Shown here in pieces: positions 23,690 through 36,094 of a stretch of 64,000 nucleotides of DNA (its first letter is position 1; each line of letters opens with the position of its first letter). The stretch lies in the NCBI GenBank assembly GCA_036172245.1, contig JAYWIR010000015.1:1612001-1676000 (forward strand), given 5' to 3'. A program made the position numbers and the translations under genes. Under the pieces are notes generated by a model. It had not been told where the DNA came from, searched no databases, and saw nothing but the letters and a program-made list of their open reading frames with translations. Origin of the DNA: Raillietiella orientalis. Lineage: Eukaryota.

Positions 23690-24613
23690 TAATGGGAAAG
23701 GATCTCAGTGATGCAGGTTTGCAAGCTCACTTGATGATACAACCACTGGGATACCATGTACCCGATGCCAGGAAACAAGGCTTTATTGCTCTTCCGGAAT
23801 TCCCATTCGGTAAGCGGAAAGAAACCAAACAATCTCGATGGCACCTTCATCCAGCATTGGAACCACGCACTGTTACACGATGGGATGTGCAAGATTATGC
23901 AAGAAAGGCCTATAACTTGGGTGCCACTTACATTGGCGGATGTTGTGGTTTTGAACCGTACCACATTCGAGCGATTTCTGAGGAACTGGCTCCGGAAAGA
24001 GGAAAGCTACCTGAAGCATCGGCAAAGCATGGAACGTGGGGATCCCAACTGATCAAGCACACCAAACCATGGATACGCATCAGGTTGGAACTCTCAAAAG
24101 CCCTGTCCAAAGTGTATCAAAATTCCACATTAGGGGAACCAAGGAATATTGGAGTTCCTTAGCACCTGCCTCTGGAAGACCGTACTCTGCAAGTTTGAGC
24201 CACCCAAACAATTGGGATGTCACACCAGGAAACAAGTATCTTTGTCAACATGAATCAGAAACGACGGAAGATGAACTTTCTGATTTAAAGAAGATTTCAA
24301 AACCTTGAAGCTCGAAAACTGCACCAGAAACAGTTTATGCTTAATTAGACTGCTTTGAAAAAGTAAACCTGTAGTCTCACTCATGTATGAAAGAAACACA
24401 CATCAGAATGAATGTAGCCAGAAGAAGCACACAGTAAAACGGGATTCACCCGAAAATGATGAAAAGAGAACCAGTTCTCTGCAATGTATGCAACCTGCAG
24501 TGAGAGCAGAGCTTATAATTTATGCATGCTTTGTTGCATCCTAGAACTGTTCTTGTTGTCCTGCAGCAGTTTGTGGCTGTGTTTTGACATTCAAATAAGG
24601 GGATAATTTCTGT
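23690..24613 (+). pseudogene. BHMT: 5'-truncated genomic duplicate of BHMT (last three exons, two introns and 3' UTR)
   Basis: Appears identical to 29364-30287 (offset 5674) except 3 mismatches in the first 13 nt. Introns are retained, so the duplication was at DNA level. In-frame ATG at 23692, stop at 24306-24308. Confidence 0.9.
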
Positions 24614-27600
24614 GTCTTTGATGCATTCCTCACATAAATGCCTTCTACCTATCTTAATGGCAATGATTCATCACTTTTGCAGGCATGTGATTACTCTCGA
24701 ATAGCCATTCCAGTATTTGCAAAAGCTCTGGGAACATTAGATGTTGCTCTACATAAATTTTCTCATTACAAATTATCTTAAAATGTGATGTTGGTGTTTA
24801 TATCCATCCGAAGATTCAGTACCATTTTGACGAGGTTTTTGAATTCATTTTATTCCTAAACACAAAATGGTTGTCACCACAATGGAACCGCCAAACTGAG
24901 AGTGGTTTGGTCTCTCACTGGGCTGGGCGGATGTAACCTTCGTTTTAGCTTTCAGCTTGAGGGACAGTTTTTTTCCCAGCAAATCAGAAAGTGCTTGCTG
25001 GAAAGGAAGGAAGAAAATAAAAGTCTTTCCTCCAGAATTGAGTCTTTTATTTCTCTCTGAAATCTAGCATCCGACACTGGGAAGGTTACGGCAAAGGATA
25101 CACTTTACAAAACTTTCCTGTTTTTGTCTTTCTCTTCTTCTCCCCTTGCAGTCACTGTGGGTAACTTTTATTTTCATTGGAAAGATCCTCGCATGCGGTG
25201 TTGGTTTGGGGAAGGCAGAGCGACCCTTCCTGAGGATCACGATAAGAAGTCGCATATCACATTTCAGCCAATAGACGGCTCTTCCGTTTTCCGTACTCTC
25301 CTGCTGTATTATGAAAAAACTCACAAAATATATTTTTTCGTGGAATACGCTTTTCCTTCAACTCAAACCAATTTTTTTTTTTTCCAAAAAAAAAAAAAAC
25401 AAAATCTTCGTTTCCACTAAGGAACTCCACAACGCTAATCTGATGGAAACGCGTGCGGTGCGCGCAAATGTGCAAACGAAAATCAAAAAACGGTTGCAGC
25501 CGGTGTCCAGAAAGGTCAGACATGCAGTGAAAGGGTCCAGAGGGATCACTCTGCCAAGCTGACCGTTTGATATTAGCCGGTATCATGCCACATTCGAAAA
25601 AATCAGGAACAGGCATGGAGTACATGGCACATACCGTGTTGCGTGTTCACTAATAATCCAGTATGTACTAATGATCCCCAATTAACTTTACGAAAAGAAC
25701 GTTTTCATGGGATTCCCGTCAACTGCTGCTCGAAGTACAGCTAGGTTCCTAGTTTTTTTTTTTTTTTTTTGGCCTTCGGCGCCTTCCCGCACCATTTCAC
25801 TTATCCTAATGCAAACCAGCTTCTAAAATAGAGGAGATTAATAGGCAAAGAACTGATCAAGCGACGCAAACAAAGAGGAACGTTTTCCCAACACACTCTA
25901 AAACCTAGCCAGAAGAATGCCAGCTAGAAACTCTCGCACACTTCTGGGCTTGCAGCAAGACCGGAACCCCGGTTTCATGCTCTCCAGAAACTTGAAAAGT
26001 CGAACCGGGTGCAGTCACTTTGCCCAACCTTCATGGCTCTGTCAAATCGATCGGTTGGAAGGAGGAGAAAAAATTCCGAGCTGGCGACGGAGGAGGAAAA
26101 ACAGAAAGCAGCAGCAGCACCACCACCACCACCACTGTGGAGATCGCTCTACATGCTCAAGCCGTGTGCATGGAGATTATCCTCAGCAGCCACAGATGGA
26201 TCCACGTGACCGGTGAAAGCTCGCATACCACACTGAACCCCTTCCCCACCTGGAAACCACTTACTCCTCAGGAGGGATCATTTCTCCCCATAAGACTTGG
26301 AAATTGCCGAGAGCATTCCTGGCAATTATCTTTGAGCAAACCAAGCAGAGCGTTTTTTTTTTTGTCTTTCGAGGCACCAACATTCTAAAGACAAAGGAGG
26401 CGCGACTAGTGAATGGATTCGTCCGAAGAGGTCCATTTACTGCAGGCTGCGGATGCGCACGTTTCAAATGAGTGCACACCTAAGTTCACATGTGCACTGA
26501 CACGGGAAAACATGACTGCTGGGAAAACACTCATCATCAGAGCATCCGCTGGCTTTTGGGAACCTGCACAGCTCCAGACTCCCAAGTTTGCGTTGCAATG
26601 CCCGGCTCATGCAAGTGGTGTGTGTGCAGCTTGGCTACCATCTTGCAGTGAGGATGCATCCGCTTTCGTCATTCGGTTCGAAGGGAAAATGAAAAGACCC
26701 TTCCCTTGCCTTCCACTTTTTTTGGTCGTGTTGCAGACGTCGCACGAATGCGAAATCACGAGATGAGAAATAATAATAATAAAGTGTAAATTTTGAAATG
26801 AGTATGGAAGCAACTATCGGACGAAGACGTACGCCGCATGTGTCACGAAGATCTGTTAACCTGAACGAAAATTTTTCTTCCTCAACAGCTCAAATCTCCG
26901 AATGTGGGAGGGCGAAGAAGAAGAAGACCCAAAGTGATGTAAGTATATGCTTCAAGCACGCACACCAGGAACCAAGGATCGTGAGAAATTAATCAACAAA
27001 TCTGGGAGGAGAGCCACCATTTGAAAATCGGAACTACATTTGAGAACAAATTCTTTTCAATGCTGCACAATGTGACCACGAATAAAGGATGAAGTATTTT
27101 TTCTCAATACTTTATCCACTAATTCTTTGTAGATCTGATGCTCTAAATACGATTGAGACTGAGGAGAAAAAGAGGGGAGGGGGGGAGCAGCAAGCTGATG
27201 GTGTTTCCTAAGTAACTGGCACTCCTGATGCGGGATTGATTTAACAAAGACGGTTCACGGTATGAATAACGATTTTGCCTTACTCTTCCTGACTTTGCAA
27301 TGATACCTTTCTTTAATCCGAAGAAATCCAAACCTGCCAGGGGCTATTTCACGCTTCGTCAGGGTGACATCACGCAACACCACCTCCAGAAACCAGAGAT
27401 TTTCGACTGCGGCCGTTCTTACGCGGCGTGGTTCGTGGTGGCTGAAAATTCTTTCCAAGCACACCCGAAACTTCGTTTCCTTCCAGGAACACAGCAGCTC
27501 TTCCCGGCCGCGTCGTCTCCTGACAGGAACAATCTACAACCGTTTGCGTTTATCACCCCGAACTCGGAATTTTTTGCCTTCTGGCTGCTCCTGCTGGGAG

Positions 27601-28432
27601 CTCCCAAGTCTTTGCCGGGTACGCAGCGGTTGCGGTCTTTTCCGCGTGTGTCGCAGCTTGAGGACCGTAACGGCCCACACAAATCAAACATTAGGCTGAA
27701 TAGGGCCTGAAACGTATGCTCCCACCTGGACTCAAGTAACCCCGCCTGAGAGAACCAGTGCACCTGGTGCGAACAATCGGCGGTGGGACCCCCTCCGCAT
27801 CAGAAGGAAGATTTTCTGGAGGATGCGCAACCCTCGGGAATCATTCCGCCCGGATCCCTCAAATCGCGCCACGTGTCCGGCCCTATCTCGCAGGATTATC
27901 ACCAGGCGTTCCGAAACCACGGGCCTGCTCCCCTCCTCCCCCTGCGCGGCTCCGAGCTCCGGCGTTCCAAACATCCCCCCCCCCCCCCATAATTCTCTTC
28001 GCAGGCGGGAAGGCAACAAGGGTTGCAATCGAAAACCCCCTGGTTTTCCGTGGTGCTCACGTGTTGTCACTCTGATGAAGCGCATAATAGACACTGGCAG
28101 GCTTGGATTTCATCGGGAGGCATATAAATAAGAGTCACCACGCACGGGTGCTAGATGCATTTGTGTGGCTGCCGTGCTGGCATCGCGGAGCGCGCGCGTG
28201 TCCGTCGTGGCCCCTGGGGCCTGGACGTAGTGCCGCCAGTGGCTAACGCGTCGCGAGTGAGAGCCTTCGTGGTGTTCCCCAGGTCGGGAAAATGCGTGTA
28301 CAGCCGGCAAATGATGCGTAACGCAGTGTGATGCCGTCCTAGTAATCATTCCGTATTTCACGAAACAAACGCGATGACTTTCAGAGTAGAATATCAGCAT
28401 CTGCCTTCTGATTCGAACAGCTACTGTCGGCC

Positions 28433-29982
28433 ATGACTACCTTGTTGGAAAAGTTAAATAGTGGCATTGTGATAGGCGACGGTGGGTATGTGTTTGTTTT
28501 GGAAAAACGTGGATACCTTACGGCGGGCCCCTGGACTCCGGAAGTGGTTGTGGAGCATCCGGAAGCGGGTTAGAAGATTTCAGTTTGGTAAATCGTTCTC
28601 GGATAACCGCAAACTTCTCTTCTAGTGCGACAACTCCACAGAGAGTTCCTTAGATCCGGGTGCGACGTTTTGCAAGCTCTCACCTTCTACGCCAGCGATG
28701 CAAAACTGATCAACCGTGGCAATAAACAACCTTACACGGTAAGATAAGAATTATGATAGCATTTTCAGACAATGTCATGCGAAGGGAAGAGAAATAAATG
28801 CTGCTGCCTGCAGGATTGTAAAAGAAATAGCATTGGAAGGGAATGCCCTGACTGCTGGTGGCTTATCGCAAACACCGTGCTACCTTTCAAAGGACCCCAA
28901 ACCGAAAGTTTTGGAAGAATTTCGAAAACAAGTCAGAGTATTTGTTGAACAAAACTTAGATTTTCTTATTTGCGAGGTAACGTGGAAAAAAATTCCTCTT
29001 TTTCAATAACTTTACCCGTTCACTATTTAACAGAATGCTATTAACTTTTTTGTGTCATGTTTGTCATATGTTTTTCTGGAGAATTCAAAATTTAATCGCA
29101 TTTATTAGTATTTTGAACACGTCGAGGAGATCGAATGGGCTATCGAGGCAAGCAAAGAATCAGGAAAGCCTATTGCAGCCACCATGTGCATTGGACCAGA
29201 GGGTGATCTACATGGTATATCACCTGAACAATGTGCTGTACGCATGGTAAAAGCTGGAGCGCAAATTGGTGAGCCTTTTAAGCACTCGATGTGTTACTTG
29301 ATCATGCTTCAGTTGGAGTAAACTGCCACTTTGATCCTTCAACTTGCTTACAAACTTTGGAGTTAATGAAAAAGGGTCTCAGTGATGCAGGTTTGCAAGC
29401 TCACTTGATGATACAACCACTGGGATACCATGTACCCGATGCCAGGAAACAAGGCTTTATTGCTCTTCCGGAATTCCCATTCGGTAAGCGGAAAGAAACC
29501 AAACAATCTCGATGGCACCTTCATCCAGCATTGGAACCACGCACTGTTACACGATGGGATGTGCAAGATTATGCAAGAAAGGCCTATAACTTGGGTGCCA
29601 CTTACATTGGCGGATGTTGTGGTTTTGAACCGTACCACATTCGAGCGATTTCTGAGGAACTGGCTCCGGAAAGAGGAAAGCTACCTGAAGCATCGGCAAA
29701 GCATGGAACGTGGGGATCCCAACTGATCAAGCACACCAAACCATGGATACGCATCAGGTTGGAACTCTCAAAAGCCCTGTCCAAAGTGTATCAAAATTCC
29801 ACATTAGGGGAACCAAGGAATATTGGAGTTCCTTAGCACCTGCCTCTGGAAGACCGTACTCTGCAAGTTTGAGCCACCCAAACAATTGGGATGTCACACC
29901 AGGAAACAAGTATCTTTGTCAACATGAATCAGAAACGACGGAAGATGAACTTTCTGATTTAAAGAAGATTTCAAAACCTTGA
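28433..29982 (+). CDS. BHMT: Betaine-homocysteine S-methyltransferase, 7 exons, about 391 aa
   Basis: Exons 28433-28568, 28626-28738, 28785-28976, 29109-29268, 29313-29483, 29529-29757, 29808-29982 (1176 nt). Motifs [39 protein letters not shown], and zinc ligands GVNCHFDP and [15 protein letters not shown]. Confidence 0.96.
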
Positions 29983-31149
29983 AGCTCGAAAACTGCACCA
30001 GAAACAGTTTATGCTTAATTAGACTGCTTTGAAAAAGTAAACCTGTAGTCTCACTCATGTATGAAAGAAACACACATCAGAATGAATGTAGCCAGAAGAA
30101 GCACACAGTAAAACGGGATTCACCCGAAAATGATGAAAAGAGAACCAGTTCTCTGCAATGTATGCAACCTGCAGTGAGAGCAGAGCTTATAATTTATGCA
30201 TGCTTTGTTGCATCCTAGAACTGTTCTTGTTGTCCTGCAGCAGTTTGTGGCTGTGTTTTGACATTCAAATAAGGGGATAATTTCTGTACATCTGATACAT
30301 TTCATGCTACGACTGATAACAGCAACCTCAAACAATGATAATGTGCATTGCGAATGCTAAACCAGGTTGCTCCAACCTGTGAATCTTGTGAATGTTGAAA
30401 TCTTCACACAATATAAAAAAATAAAAAACATACAAAAAGACCAAAAAAGTTTTTTTTGGTCTTATATAAAAAGGACTGGATTTCATTATGGAGGTTACAA
30501 TGGATCAATTGCAAATCAGTCTGCAACTAAATTAAGTATAAGCTATGCCTATTTTATCTATACATTCATTCTTACACATAGTACTTATATACTAAAGTTT
30601 TTGCCTTGTTCTTGCAAGTATTATATCAATAAACAATAATGGTTTCATGCTGTTGCTTGGAGTATGTCTGAACTGCAGTGGACTGTCTGTGATGCATTCT
30701 GTGAAAGTGCAAGGAAGATGCCAAGACACTTCAAACTTATCAACACACTATGATGGGTACTTATTAAAATGGTTTTTAATTTGACTGGATATGCATAAAA
30801 GTAATCACTTTTGTTGTGGAAATTAAATCATTACATATGCAAACTTCATGCACTTGTACATACTGAGTATTTACATAACAAAAAGTAACAAAAAGCTCAA
30901 AGTATATACCTTTATTTACGTTGTTTGTGGTAATTACGTACTATTCATGCACACCACTACATTTGTTAAATTACTACATAAAACTCATTCTTTATACTTA
31001 TTTACACAATATTAGGTATTAAAAAAAAAACTGTTTACTGGATACACTTGAGCAGTCACTCACTGTATTAGCAATAAAATAATCTTTGTTGATCTACTGC
31101 ATAGTCAAAATTCAGCAACACTTGAAAAACGAAAAAAAAAAACACTGAA

Positions 31150-33112
31150 TTATGTGAAACTGAATAAATGTTCTTTTGCTCTGTGAGATTTATGTGGATG
31201 AACTGCTGCTGCTGCTTTGTACAAATAATAACATCACAGATATTCTTTTCTTACCTCTCTTCTTCTTGAAAATTTGTGTTAAGAAAATTGGCATCTTCAG
31301 ATGAAATATCTTTCAAAGAACTGGAAGGAGACAAAGCTTTTTTTACAAATCCTTTGCCCTCTTGCCACATATGACTCTAAGGAAACAACATTTAGCAGTA
31401 TAATACACAATCACAGAAAATGATTTAAAATATGTTAAAAGCAAAAAGTCAGCAAATGTAACAATCAAATATAATAATTGATCCTAAACCAAGAATTATT
31501 GCAAACTTTCGCCAAAAACAAACAAAAAAAAGGCATACAAAAAGCCATACACATAAATAAAACTGATTTAACATGATACAACTTGTTTGCCTGCTTACAT
31601 GCATTCCATGTGCATGCTTTATGTACAATAAATGACTTATGTTTATAAAAAGAAATAAAGCTTAATTGTAACAGATATTTAACTAAATACTAATAAAATA
31701 CTAAATAAATATAAACAGAGTTTCGCATTTATATGGGTTTTTTTGTGTTTAATATAAAAATAATTGTTATTTTACTAGCTGTCCATCTCTTCCAAAGAGA
31801 AGTAAAAATGACTGAATAAAGTCCCTGCTTCGTTCTTCCCACTTTAATATTAAACCATTCCTTTTTTCTTCAAAATTATCAACAAAGTGCTTTCCTTTTT
31901 CCTTTAATTCATCAAATTTATTTTGAAGAAGGAATTTTTTCTCCTTAAAAAAATATGCAATTCTATGCAGTAATTTTCATTCAGCCTTACATTTAAAAAT
32001 GAAACATTCAATTCCTTTGCACTGTAACCTCTTGCTAGATTCCTCCTAGCATAAACATCATAATCTTTTACGATTCGTGCAACTACATCTGAGGTTGAGA
32101 TTCCTTCTGTTCTATGAGTAGCTATAAAAACACCTTTCTCTTTAATCTGCTGATAAGCATCTTCTTCACAGCCTTGTGTGTATGGTATGTCATCATGTGC
32201 TACAAAATCAATCTATAAAAATATCTTATTCTTTTTAAGAACTACATTTGAAAGCATACTTTATGATAATTTAAAAACTCATCAGTCAATGTCCAAGGTG
32301 CATCTCTTACAACTTCATCAACATAACGACAGTGGCGTACCATGTCATAACGCTCATTTTCAGACATTACAGTACAACCTTTTCTTTCATAGGTTAGCTG
32401 ATCACTACATACTAATATGCAAAAAATTCATTACTTTCATTAGTTTCACAAAAAAAGTGTAGTCACACAAACCTTTCATTGGGCAAAATTATTTTAGTGT
32501 TCTAATTAGGCATTAAACTCGTGAAATTTTGTTGGAATACTTGCTTTCAATAATGCAAACATTTTACCAATACATGAAAACAGTTTCTTGAATAAAATCG
32601 TGTAAAATGCAATTTTTCAAGAATAATGTATAAAGAATTATGTAAAAACCATAGTGATCTTACTTCCCACAATGAGATAAACTTGAGGAAAAAGATTTTT
32701 GGCTTGCATCAATTGTCTAGCATGCCCCTGATGAAATAAATCATATATTCCATCTGCATACACACGAACTGGACGATTTGCTTATTAACTTAATGAGAAG
32801 ATCAGCTACAAAAATTATAATATACCTTTATTACTTCTTGCTAAATCAAATGTCATTTTCAGGGAGTAATCATATTTCTCCCTTTCTTGAATAGCTTCGA
32901 CGTCATCAGAGAAAGGTGCAGGATAGTTGTACTATAATAAACATCAGTAAATGTAGCATTAAATTCCTTTATTACATCTACGCCAAAAACTGACTGAGGT
33001 CACAAAAAGAATACAGTGATAATGAAAATGCGCACATGTAAGAATTATCAAGGTTAACAGGTTTACAAGATGAAAATCTACCTACCTTCTGCTGTAGCAT
33101 ATCTCCTGCCAT
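31150..33112 (-). CDS. PCYT1: Choline-phosphate cytidylyltransferase (CCT)
   Basis: Exons about 33112-33086, 32931-32826, 32780-32664, 32411-32260, 32212-31991, 31943-31776, 31376-31255 and a possible last exon to 31150. Motifs [18 protein letters not shown] (HxGH), [46 protein letters not shown], and the amphipathic membrane helix [17 protein letters not shown]. Exact stop uncertain. Confidence 0.93.
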
Positions 33113-33361
33113 GCATGCATGTATCGTGATGCTCGATTAAGGATTCCGAAGAGGAGCGAAAAAGAGCTCTGAAGATCTAAATACTTCCTAACTTTAAATC
33201 TTACTCAGGGTGATGACGATTTTAAATTAAAATAAACATTTAGAAAAATCACAGAGTTGCCATGAGTTGAATGAAAATCACAAACGTTTTCCGCAGCATA
33301 CGCTCAAATGTACAGGCAATGTATTTACTCACACAAACATTAAAGTAAACCCACTTACAGT

Positions 33362-36094
33362 CAGAGTTGCCAACAGAAGTTAATGGAATCCCGCTATATA
33401 GTCTTCGAAAACCCTCAATTTTCCCAAAACAAATCTCCAGATTTTAATACCTAGGAATTTATTATTATTATGCATAACATGTGATTAGTATTTATTAGAA
33501 AAAAATAATTTTAGTATATCACTCACTCAAAATAGCAAGTCCCCTGCATCATCCTCATGGAAGAAATAATGCTGCGATTGTGAGGTGCTTGGAGTTTGGT
33601 TCTCAATTTGTCCACTTTCATTTCTGTAGGTAATCAAGGTTCCTATCTTCCATAAAACTTCTGATGGCAACTGATAATCCTCTCAGAATATTTCAACGGG
33701 GTCTAGACCTTCTCTTATTGTGAGAATTGCATTGACCAATTACGTTCCCATCCGGTTTCGTAGTTTTGGCTTCACGATGTGCATCAAGTTGAAGACTCGT
33801 TCCACTTCAGCATATGCCATGGAAGGATAACGAGAGATGTCACTACTTCAGCCAACTCTTGAAATGGATTTACATCAGATGAGTCTTTATAACTAGCTAC
33901 TTCACTCCAAAATTCAATGTATTCTGGCAGTTTTCTCCCACTTTACACTTGTTAAATTGTTCCACTGGGATTCTGCTTTCGCTATCTTGTCTGATGGAAG
34001 TTGAAAATGTTGCATCAGTGCTATCAATGACTTTGATACACAAAGAGCACGACACACAGAAATTATGGACATTGATCTAAGCACCCTTATATTATCAGGA
34101 AGTCTTGCTTGAAGCTCTGTAGGTAATCTAATAAGGAAGATAATGCATCTTTTTCTGAATTCGGTTTCTTCTGCTGTTGGTTTGAATTGACATAGTTTCT
34201 CCTCAGCTTCATACTTCAGATAGGAACACCAGCGAGCATCAAGGCTGTCTGTTAAGAAGCCCTTCCTGCAGGTTGGAAGCACAAACTTCTCGGTCCTGGT
34301 TTCCACCAAACCAGACAGAACATCCAAGAGCTTGGTACAACCCGCATCACTTGCCTCAAATGAATTGTTTACCCTTTGCATGTCCGCCAATACTGGTCAG
34401 AGGAAGAGGAGAAATGTTTTTTCTCATCAGAAAGCAAATTTTCAAAGGGATGTTCTATAATTTCTCTCTTTTGTACTCGCTGTTTTAAACATAGCAATGA
34501 GTTCTACCCACTGATCCAGAATTTTGTTTATTGCACTCTCAATCGACAATCAACGAGTTTGGTACTTTTGTACAATGTTTCAAGGGTTGTGCCCATCATT
34601 CATGGCAACAAATAGAGTTTTCTAATCATTTCGCAGTAAGGCCGAAAGGGAAAACCAATTATAGAGTTCTCTTACTAAAAAGTCAAGATTAGAGGAAGGC
34701 AATCTGAGGCTGCAGAGACAGCCAATTGGGGAGAGTGGCACAGGCAACGGATCATTGCAAGCCCTGGGCATTCCCTCTGCAGTTTAGCGCACACGCCATG
34801 GTTTATGCCAGTCAGGACGCCCTCATTATTGATGCCAATCCCTTTCATATTTTGAATTTGTAATCCTTTACTACTAAGTGTTTCCCTCGCCATAGCAGCG
34901 ATAGAATCAACATCCTAGATGTCAAGTTAAGGCAATGCCACGAAAGTAAATCCTACCCTTCCCGACTGGTTGCTGAAATATACAGCAATTCCTAGCATTT
35001 TAGTTATACTAATATCTTAGAATTCATCAACTAAAATACTGAAAGCTCAGTCCCTATATGATCAGGAAGAGCCTTTTAAAACTGTGGTGCTAATACGAAC
35101 TTTATTATAGTAGTTTACTTAGAACAATGTAGTTGGACTTTGTTCTCAATTAAACTGTCCGAGAATTTATGCTTATGCAATTCTCCGAGATCTACTGCTC
35201 TTATTCTGCATGACATGCTATGAAGAGATTTAAATACGCTTCAGCTGTGTTTTCAGAATCGTTCGTTCAAAAATAAGCACTTGTTCGTTCAAACAAGTGC
35301 TTATTTTTGGTGAAGAAAAAAGGGCATAGCTAGCCCACTGCTGCTTCTTCCTTTTGCTGTGAGCAAATGGGTCAGAATGTTTTGCAGCCAATATGCATCC
35401 GCAAGATCTGCATTTAGCTTTATCGGCACTTCCCGGAATTTCTAAGATCCAATCTTTAAGAAGCAGACCACTTAGCCACTCTTTTCGAAATCGTTGCTGA
35501 TATTGTGGCCCCAAATCTTGAAGGAAACAAAAAATAAAGATAAGACAATACACACCTAATAAGTTAACATAACACAAGGTATTAAAGCCCATTATATCAC
35601 AGCACACGTCCAACATACGTAATGTCATTTAACCTTCAGATTCCAAATTGCAAAAATAACGTGCAAACTAACAATTAATTGTCGATCACGTGTAATTTAT
35701 GTTATTAAACTATTGCTGATACTTTGTAAGGTGAGCGCCGCAATGCCGCTCTCATTTCCTCCTTATCACAATTTCAATATCGAAATAATTTCATAATAAG
35801 GACGTCGTTTCCCTCGAGAATCTTTATCAACAATGCAAGACTTTATTAATGTGACTCCATATCCGCTAAGATTGAAACAGGGGTGGATACAATATCCGGA
35901 ATTATATTTCAGATTATTTACAACATCCATCATTGCAAATTTTCTTTGCAACCATGAAGAACTTCTAAAATTCCGCGATCAGTGATCTAAAAACCGTTAG
36001 AATTCCCGCTTAGCGTGCTAAAATATTTTTAGCCACTAGATGGGTTTCCGAAAACGCTAGATTTGGCAGGAAAACAGTTAAATTGGCAACCCTA
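33362..36094 (-). mobile_element. Decayed hAT-superfamily DNA transposon
   Basis: Imperfect terminal inverted repeats CAGAGTTGCCAA (33362-33373) and TTGGCAACCCTA (36083-36094). The flanking 8-mers CTTACAGT and ATCACAGT match at 6/8 (possible decayed target site duplication). Encloses a broken transposase. Confidence 0.8.
33530..35520 (-). pseudogene. hAT transposase pseudogene (ZNF862/TTF-type zinc finger)
   Basis: Fragments YQQRFRKEW...AKCRSCGCILAAKHSD...H (N-terminal zinc finger), GVCAKLQRECPGLAMIRCLCHSPQLAVS (CxxH) and AEVERVFNLMHIVKPKLRNRM (dimerisation domain), interrupted by stops and frameshifts. Confidence 0.85.

Noticed and set aside
25060..28130. Scattered ORFs and acceptor-like sites between the two BHMT copies
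   Set aside because: No recognisable protein family and no consistent exon chain could be built.
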